DNA of 64,000 bases from Francisellaceae bacterium (lineage in GTDB: Bacteria; Pseudomonadota; Gammaproteobacteria; UBA6186; Azoamicaceae), in contig JABJGS010000074.1 in NCBI GenBank assembly GCA_018703155.1, positions 11,878 to 75,877 on the forward strand, written 5' to 3'. A model generated the notes under the pieces. It saw only the letters and a list, made by a program, of their open reading frames with translations, made no database searches and had not been told where the DNA came from. This document shows, piece by piece, positions 57,384 through 64,000 of this stretch. The position numbers and the translations under genes are program-made. How positions within the stretch are numbered: the first letter of the stretch is position 1; every line of letters begins with the position of its first letter.

Positions 57384-58827
57384 AGAAGTATTAATAAATG
57401 TTACTCAATATGAAACTCGTGTTGCTATTGTTGAAAATGGAGTATTACAGGAAGTTCATGTAGAAAGAACTAATAAACTTGGTTTAGTGGGTAATATTTA
57501 TAAAGGTAAGGTTGTTCGAGTTTTGCCAGGAATGCAGGCTGCATTCATAGATATTGGGTTGCCTAAAGCCGCTTTCCTACATACCGATGATATATATTCC
57601 TCAGATGATAATTTAAAGGATAGTAAAAGTATTGATTTAGCCAGTAAAATAAAAGAAAATCAAGAAATCATTGTCCAAGTTATTAAAGACCCAATATCTA
57701 ATAAAGGAGCAAGGCTGACTACTCAGTTATCAGTATCATCACGAGCTCTAGTGTTTATGCCAAATTCAAAACATATTGGTGTATCTTTGAGAATAGAAGA
57801 TGAAAATGAAAGACAGCGTTTAAAAGAATTATTATCACCTAATGAAAAAGAGTTAGAAGGTGGTTATATAATTAGAACTGCCGCTGAAGGATATAAGAGT
57901 TTTGAAGATAATATAGAGTATTTGAAGAGAACCTGGGAATCTATTAGTAAACGAATATCTAAAGCTAAATTTGGAGATCTGATTCATGAAGAACACAGTT
58001 TAGTTCATCGATCTTGCAGGGATTTCTTACGTCCTAGCACGGATAAAATACGTATAGATCAGCCTGAGTATGTACATGAAATCACAGATTTCATTTCTAA
58101 ATATATCCCTAAATTTGCAGGGAGCATTGAATTTTATGATAGCATGCGACCGATTTTTGATTATTATGGCATTGAAGATGAAATAAACAGGGCTATTCAA
58201 AGTAAAATTCCATTGAAATCAGGTGGTTACTTAATATTTGACTTAACTGAAGCAATGACGGTTATTGATGTTAATACAGGTGCTTTTGTTGGCAGGAAAA
58301 ATTTAGAGGAAACTATTTTTAAAACTAATTTAGAAGCTGCTGTTTCAATAGCAAGACAGCTGCGCCTTAGGAACATTGGTGGAATAATTATTGTTGACTT
58401 TATTGATATGTGTGAAGAAGAACATCAACGCCAAATTTTGCGAACTTTAGAAAAAGAAATTATTAAAGATTTAGTGAAAGTGAAAATTAGTGAGATTACA
58501 TCATTAGGTTTAGTCCAAATAACTAGGAAAAGAACACGAGAGAGTCTTGAACATGTATTATGTGAAGAATGTAATGTTTGCTCTGGCCATGGAGTAGTAA
58601 AAACAGCAGAAACAGTTTGTTATGAGATTTTTAGAGAAATTATACGAGCAGATAAAACTTATGATTCTGGTGAGATACTAGTTATTGCTTCGGAAAAGGT
58701 TATTGAAAGGTTGATAGACGAAGAATCTAATTATTTAGCTGGAATTGAAGATATAACCAGTAAAACTGTCAAATTTCAAGTGGAGTCACTATATAAGCAG
58801 GAACAATATGATGTGGTGTCGTTATGA
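57376..58827 (+). CDS. rng: Ribonuclease G
   Basis: It has an S1 domain (GNIYKGKVVRVLPGMQAAFIDIG) and the RNase E/G catalytic core (IDVNTGAFVG, GGIIIVDFIDM). The start is set at ATG 57376. Confidence 0.92.
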   Translation: MSEEVLINVTQYETRVAIVENGVLQEVHVERTNKLGLVGNIYKGKVVRVLPGMQAAFIDIGLPKAAFLHTDDIYSSDDNLKDSKSIDLASKIKENQEIIVQVIKDPISNKGARLTTQLSVSSRALVFMPNSKHIGVSLRIEDENERQRLKELLSPNEKELEGGYIIRTAAEGYKSFEDNIEYLKRTWESISKRISKAKFGDLIHEEHSLVHRSCRDFLRPSTDKIRIDQPEYVHEITDFISKYIPKFAGSIEFYDSMRPIFDYYGIEDEINRAIQSKIPLKSGGYLIFDLTEAMTVIDVNTGAFVGRKNLEETIFKTNLEAAVSIARQLRLRNIGGIIIVDFIDMCEEEHQRQILRTLEKEIIKDLVKVKISEITSLGLVQITRKRTRESLEHVLCEECNVCSGHGVVKTAETVCYEIFREIIRADKTYDSGEILVIASEKVIERLIDEESNYLAGIEDITSKTVKFQVESLYKQEQYDVVSL

Positions 58828-61800
58828 GAAAATATATATTACTTTTAATAATGACTTTCATTTTTGGGGTCGGTGGAACCTATAAATCTATTGGGACATT
58901 AGCAACACAAAATGATGGGTTAGTTAAAAAGGAGTTGGCTAAAACATTACCTGAAAATTTAACATACAAAAGACTCACTATAAAACCATCTTTCACAAAA
59001 GGCTTAAAAGCATCGTTCCAAGAAGTTGAGTATGTTAATGGTGATAATACAGTGTTTTTTGCTGGTATTGTTGAAGCTAAGGTCGCAATACTCAAAAGTC
59101 TACTACAAAGAACAGTTATTATTGATACCATTATGGTTCATGATGTTAATTTGAATGTTAGCAAGTTGGGTTCGCTCCAATCTAAATCATCAAGACCTTT
59201 ATGTGATAAAATTTACTTTAATAATATTGTTCTAAAAGTTGGGGATATTACTACTCATCATCTTGAAAAAGCAATCGTGAAAAAATCGGCTATTAGTAAG
59301 GGCTATGATGTTACTATCGAACAAAGGCAACAGCTGCTTAGCACAACTATCAATTATAAGAAAAATAACATCTACTCATTTAAAGTTAAAACAAAGCATT
59401 TTGATGTAGATGATTGGTTAAATATTAGTAATGACCGTAAATTGCAACTTACTAATATGAGTGCAGATTTTGATATTAACATAGATAAACATGAAATAGT
59501 TAAAGCATTTGCAAAGAGCGATGTGAATATTGTTGATTTGGAAAATAATCAGTCTAATGGTCAGGTTGAGATAAATACAGATGATGGTGATAGTTTTAAA
59601 ATTTTCATAAGTAGAATAACGTTAAATTTGCCTAAGTTATATAATGATAAATTGATCATTGAGAACATTAGGTTGACGACAGAAATAGTTACTGGTGGGA
59701 TTGGTATAAAAAACTTATCTATTCAAATGGGAGGTGTTTCTTATCCTGTAATGAATGGAGAGTTAGTAGGTTCAATCCAAGATGGTTATATTGGAAGTCT
59801 GAGTTTTGATAATGATAAATTGTCATTTGAGACAGTTAAAAAATTAGTACCTGATAAATATTTACCTAAAGCAAAAAAATGGCTTGATGATTCATTATTG
59901 GATGGAGAAATTACTAGTAGTATTTTTAAATTCAATCAAAATGACTATAAGTGGGATGCAAATATTAATAGCATTAAAATTGATTATGATGATGAGTGGC
60001 CGCAAATAACTAATGCTAGTGGGAAATTATGCTTAACTAATGATGATGTTGAAATCGAGTTTAAGAAAGGTGTAATCTACAACACAAAAGTAAATAATCT
60101 AAATGCACGTATTGAATTTAAAGATGACTACAATTTATCAATTCAATCTCAGCTAGAGTCAGATCTGAGGAACACATTTTCCTTTCTAGAATCTAGTCCT
60201 TTGGATGTAAAATTAAGTGAAGTAATAACAGTCGCTACTACAACCGGTGATAGCATTATTAATTTGAAATTAGATATCCCTCTTGAGGGTGATAGTTCAG
60301 TTGTCACTACCGGTGATGTGATTATAAGTAATGCAAGTTTTGATATTGGAGCAGAAGATAAATTTGATATTGAAAAATTAAATACTAAAATTAGTTTTGA
60401 ACAAAATAAAGTTTTTGCTTCTGATATGGCCTTTACTATAGATGGACAAGAAGCAAAAGGGACGCTGTTTTCAGGCAAGAATAAAAAAGAAGTCAGCATT
60501 TATATACAATCTATTTTAACAGTAAATATGTTGAACAAAATAAGTCCAAATATTTCTCAATTATCTGTATCTGGTAAAGCAGATTTTAATTTGGATATAA
60601 TTTTAAATGCTGATGATGATGAAAATACAAAAAAATATATATTTAACTCTAATCTTGTTGGTTCAAGCTTTGTAATGGATGGACTCTATAAGAAAAATAT
60701 AAAAGAGTCTTTAGTAACCAAGATCGTATATATTGCAACACCAATGCAGGAAATATTTGAGGTGAATATAGATTCACTTCTGAATGCCAAGTTGAAATAT
60801 ACACATAATAAGTGGAGTGGCCATGTTGATTTTGGTGAAAATGCTATGGCAGATAATAGTGATGGAAAACATTTGTTTATTAGTGGAGATTTGAATTCTT
60901 ATACGATTAATAATAATGCAAAAATAAATATTAGCAATATTCAGCCACTGAAATTGTATCTTAAAATAAAAAAATTAAATATTTCAGATGTTGCTTTTGA
61001 TGATGTATGGGTCCTTTATTCTATGGATGAAGAACCTAGAATGATTTCACTGGATGGGAGTAATGTTTCTGGTGAAATTTATTGGGATGATGATGACTAT
61101 ATAAAACTAAAATTAACTAAGCTTCAAATAGGAAAGTCAAAAAATAAGGAAGAGGTTCGCAAAAAATTCATTAATGATAAGGTCTCACATATTTCAGGCA
61201 TAGAATTTAGCTGTGATAATTTTACATATGATCATGTTAATCTAGGGAAACTGCGTATTGATGCTATCTATAAAGGTAAAGGATTTGATGTAACTATACT
61301 TTTACAACATAAGAATGGAGCTGTTCAAATGAATGGGCATTGGTTGAATCCTGGAATGCCTGAGCAAACTGCAGAGATAAGTGGAAATTGGAATATTGCC
61401 GACTTTGGAAATTTAGTAGAAGTATTAGGCTTAAATAGTGATTTCTCCGGTGGTATAGGATATGTTTCTACATCGTTGAATTGGCCAGATGCAATTTTCA
61501 AATTTGATAAAGAGAATGTAAATGGCGATTTAAATTTGCAATTAGAGAATGGTAGGATCACTGCAGTTGATCCTGGTTTTGGTAAGATATTAGGCTTGCT
61601 GAGTCTTGATCAAATTACTAGACGGCTAAAATTAGATTTCTCTGACGTTCTTAATAAAGGTCTTGCTTACGATAAATTAGTAATGAAAAGTAAGATTTCA
61701 CAAGGTGTCATGCATGTTGAAGATTTAACAATTAATAGTCCGTCAGCTAATATTTTCATTAAAGGTGAAGTGCATATTCAGAAGCAAACCTTGAAAATGG

Positions 61801-62012
61801 TTATGGAAATATCTCCAAAGGTAACTGATACTTTACCTGTAGCAGCTGCAGTTGCAGCTGGTAGCCCGGTGGTTGGAGCAGCTATCTGGGTCGTTGATAA
61901 AGTTGTAACTAGTAAAGATAAAAATAACAAAAGTAATCAATATAGATATTGGATAAATGGAACTTTATCAAATCCTAAAATTACAAAAGCAGAAAAAATG
62001 GTTGATCATTAA
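58824..62012 (+). CDS. yhdP: YhdP-like AsmA-family protein (DUF3971/AsmA2-type, putative intermembrane lipid transport)
   Basis: It is 1062 aa with an N-terminal TM anchor, a beta-rich body and a C-terminal LLSLDQITRRLKLDFSDV-type motif. It lies immediately downstream of rng, as in E. coli. Confidence 0.72.
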   Translation: MRKYILLLIMTFIFGVGGTYKSIGTLATQNDGLVKKELAKTLPENLTYKRLTIKPSFTKGLKASFQEVEYVNGDNTVFFAGIVEAKVAILKSLLQRTVIIDTIMVHDVNLNVSKLGSLQSKSSRPLCDKIYFNNIVLKVGDITTHHLEKAIVKKSAISKGYDVTIEQRQQLLSTTINYKKNNIYSFKVKTKHFDVDDWLNISNDRKLQLTNMSADFDINIDKHEIVKAFAKSDVNIVDLENNQSNGQVEINTDDGDSFKIFISRITLNLPKLYNDKLIIENIRLTTEIVTGGIGIKNLSIQMGGVSYPVMNGELVGSIQDGYIGSLSFDNDKLSFETVKKLVPDKYLPKAKKWLDDSLLDGEITSSIFKFNQNDYKWDANINSIKIDYDDEWPQITNASGKLCLTNDDVEIEFKKGVIYNTKVNNLNARIEFKDDYNLSIQSQLESDLRNTFSFLESSPLDVKLSEVITVATTTGDSIINLKLDIPLEGDSSVVTTGDVIISNASFDIGAEDKFDIEKLNTKISFEQNKVFASDMAFTIDGQEAKGTLFSGKNKKEVSIYIQSILTVNMLNKISPNISQLSVSGKADFNLDIILNADDDENTKKYIFNSNLVGSSFVMDGLYKKNIKESLVTKIVYIATPMQEIFEVNIDSLLNAKLKYTHNKWSGHVDFGENAMADNSDGKHLFISGDLNSYTINNNAKINISNIQPLKLYLKIKKLNISDVAFDDVWVLYSMDEEPRMISLDGSNVSGEIYWDDDDYIKLKLTKLQIGKSKNKEEVRKKFINDKVSHISGIEFSCDNFTYDHVNLGKLRIDAIYKGKGFDVTILLQHKNGAVQMNGHWLNPGMPEQTAEISGNWNIADFGNLVEVLGLNSDFSGGIGYVSTSLNWPDAIFKFDKENVNGDLNLQLENGRITAVDPGFGKILGLLSLDQITRRLKLDFSDVLNKGLAYDKLVMKSKISQGVMHVEDLTINSPSANIFIKGEVHIQKQTLKMVMEISPKVTDTLPVAAAVAAGSPVVGAAIWVVDKVVTSKDKNNKSNQYRYWINGTLSNPKITKAEKMVDH

Positions 62013-62088
62013 AAAATAAATTTAAGCTAGTAAATAATACTATTGAGCTTAAAAGTTGTACTCCGTATAAATGTATAGAATAATTTAT

Positions 62089-62814
62089 ATGGAGCTCCAA
62101 GTGTATAGGTGTTATTTCACAAAAATACTAATATATCTGGTCATATGTACTCACTACTCAGCTATAGCTGATAATAACTTATATCTAGGGTTGGATTTTG
62201 GTTCTAGAAAAATTGATTATACATCTGGTTATGGCAAAGGATTATTAGATGGTTTATTATCACAAGCTCAGATTAATATTGGCTGGGCTTTCAATGATAG
62301 TGTTGCTATAGATTTAGGAATTTATAAATCTCTAACAAATAGAGAATTAAGAGCTTGGGGACTAGAATATAATCTAGGAATTGAAGATCCAACTCCAACT
62401 AGTACTGAATATTTTCAAATAGACTCTAAAGTTTATGGCTTTGCTTTTAGTCTTCAAGGTATATACCCGATAATTGGTCAATATGGTGTTAATTTACTTG
62501 GTCAAATAGGAATGACATATTTAAAATTAACAACACAAATGACTCTTACATCTATTGAGACTGTACTAGGTAGAGCTCCAATATTAAATATATACCATCA
62601 AGAGTTTGATGCTTATTTTAGTAAAAAAACACTCTTTCCACATTTAGCTATTGGCCTAAAAATAGATTTAATTGAGAGTTGTTCGGTAAAGGCTATTGTT
62701 AAGTGGGAGAGAACGTCAGCTTTCTCTATGGACTATCAAACCACAGATTATAATTATACAGTTAGGTTGAAAAATACGATTGTGCCAATGATTGGTCTGG
62801 TTTATACAATATAA
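62089..62814 (+). CDS. Outer membrane beta-barrel protein (OmpA-like TM / porin-family fold)
   Basis: A signal-like N-terminus ends at SAIA. The protein has alternating-hydrophobicity strands (LYLGLDFG, YGFAFSLQGIY, HLAIGLKIDL) and a C-terminal aromatic-rich strand (IGLVYTI). Confidence 0.6.
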   Translation: MELQVYRCYFTKILIYLVICTHYSAIADNNLYLGLDFGSRKIDYTSGYGKGLLDGLLSQAQINIGWAFNDSVAIDLGIYKSLTNRELRAWGLEYNLGIEDPTPTSTEYFQIDSKVYGFAFSLQGIYPIIGQYGVNLLGQIGMTYLKLTTQMTLTSIETVLGRAPILNIYHQEFDAYFSKKTLFPHLAIGLKIDLIESCSVKAIVKWERTSAFSMDYQTTDYNYTVRLKNTIVPMIGLVYTI

Positions 62815-62922
62815 ATAGTACAGAGTCGATAACCTATATCCACAATGCTACTGTTGATTATTGTTATATAATTTATAGATGTAGGTAGTAATTTTGCCTC
62901 CTGGTTGTTGGTTGGATAACTA

Positions 62923-63192
62923 ATGGATTGTTACGACTATTTTAGTTATAATAATTGTCAGCGTAATAATATTAGAAAGAGCATGATAAAAAACACAAAG
63001 AAATTCGGCGAATATGTACAATTTTTACGTGAGAACATTGGTAATTTGGTAGAATATCGAGAAATGACTGGTTCTTCAGAGCCCGGTCTTGTCAAAGTTA
63101 AAACTGACCTTTTTGATGAAGACCCATTTGTTGTTTTCGGAGCAACTCTTTTAGCTACAGCAGCCTTTTCTGATAAAACTCTTTATCACTAA
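62923..63192 (+). CDS. Hypothetical small protein (weak call)
   Basis: It is only an 89-codon open frame in an intergenic gap, with no recognisable motif. Confidence 0.2.
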   Translation: MDCYDYFSYNNCQRNNIRKSMIKNTKKFGEYVQFLRENIGNLVEYREMTGSSEPGLVKVKTDLFDEDPFVVFGATLLATAAFSDKTLYH

Positions 63193-63194
63193 AA

Positions 63195-64000
63195 TCACTT
63201 ATTTTTTGAGCGAGCAAATGAGCAGGGTGAAGTCTTCGAGCTTTCGGTGAATGTAGAAGCAATACCCTCAGCAATTGTTGAAATACCTCCAGTGATGACC
63301 CCAGTTATTATGCTTGTTGCCTCTTGAGCAAGTCCTGCAGCATTTATTGTGATTTTAGGGACGTTAATTGTACCTGAGATTTTTATTAGTTTAGCAAAGC
63401 TGAGAAACTTTAGATCAGCAGATCTTGATGCCGGTGCAATAGAGATATTGATGGCCTTATTATTGAGGTTAATAGTGCCACTACCAGTGATATCAACATC
63501 ATCAGTACGCAGACCAATGCCCTTATCACTAATTAAGATTCCATTTTCAGATTTGAAATTAAAAACTGCACATTCAAGATTGGTAACAGTTTCATTTTTA
63601 ACAAAGGGTATTAGTTGTGTGATACTGCCACCTAGGAGATTGATAGAACTTGGTATTTTTGCATTATTAATATCAATAAGTAATGTACCGTTAAGGTTGT
63701 TTATAGCACTTTTCAGAGTATCACCTTGAGTGTTAGTTGTAGAAGAAACATCTACATAACCATTTTCAATGTGTAAATCATTTTTACTTACAGAAGATAA
63801 TTTTTCTAAATTAATTTTAGTTACAGATAAATGGATTTCAGTTAGGTATGGTGGTTTGCTTTTAACTGTAATGGTTTTGGATAGTGAACCATTCGCAAAA
63901 TCTTTAGAGTTCAATTGTATTTTTAGATTGCCACTTTGATCCGAGCTGGTATCTAGCTCAATATCATTAACTGTTAAATCACCCAGTACAAACTTTTTGA
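63195..64000 (-). CDS. AsmA-family protein, C-terminal part (5' end beyond window)
   Basis: The frame stays open to the right edge (...KKFVLGDLTVNDIELDTSSDQSGNLKIQLNSKDF...). It is beta-repeat rich, with an AsmA C-terminal style segment (GSGTINLNNKAINISIAP...KISGTINVPKI). Confidence 0.6.
   Translation of the reverse strand, partial: KKFVLGDLTVNDIELDTSSDQSGNLKIQLNSKDFANGSLSKTITVKSKPPYLTEIHLSVTKINLEKLSSVSKNDLHIENGYVDVSSTTNTQGDTLKSAINNLNGTLLIDINNAKIPSSINLLGGSITQLIPFVKNETVTNLECAVFNFKSENGILISDKGIGLRTDDVDITGSGTINLNNKAINISIAPASRSADLKFLSFAKLIKISGTINVPKITINAAGLAQEATSIITGVITGGISTIAEGIASTFTESSKTSPCSFARSKNK

Overview
64-kb chromosomal window from an AT-rich gammaproteobacterium (roughly mid-30s % GC by eye). 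A Sel1-repeat protein, giant coiled-coil/TM-hairpin proteins, gatCAB and tightly overlapping operons suggest a Legionellales-like, host-associated organism, but that is inference only. Most of the window is conserved housekeeping backbone in near-E. coli synteny. First block: rluB-scpB-scpA-trpS, then yciB-bolA-like. Second block: lipA-lipB-ybeD-dacA-rlpA-mltB-rodA-mrdA-rlmH-rsfS-holA-lptE-leuS. Third block: lnt-corC-ybeY-phoH-miaB, tRNA-Met, then gltX-tRNA-Ala-tRNA-Glu. Fourth block: gatCAB divergent from mreBCD-rng-yhdP, followed by an OMP and a partial AsmA-family gene. A complete six-gene MoxR/DUF58/DUF4381/BatA/BatB-C/BatD (Bat-type) operon sits next to lipA. Four accessory parts stand out. 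(1) About 10.7 kb lies between tRNA-Glu and gatB. It holds a decayed IS200/IS605 TnpB relic, a chemoreceptor divergent from an orphan UrtA-type binding protein, an exported SIS-domain protein, and a three-ORF overlapping locus of unknown function. The two large ORFs of that locus meet on an A8 tract that forms an A_AAA_AAC heptamer. (2) A lone, very divergent VgrG/gpD-like gene is wedged between leuS and lnt. (3) A small cluster (about 5.1-11.4 kb) has a hydrolase, a secreted protein, a GGDEF protein, a catalytically dead YciK-like SDR, a Sel1-like protein and a Cys-rich lipoprotein. (4) In-frame tandem-repeat, low-complexity tails sit on housekeeping proteins (ScpB, BatB, LptE). No CRISPR array, rRNA or intact mobile element was seen. 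All functional calls come from motif and family recognition by eye; no searches were run.
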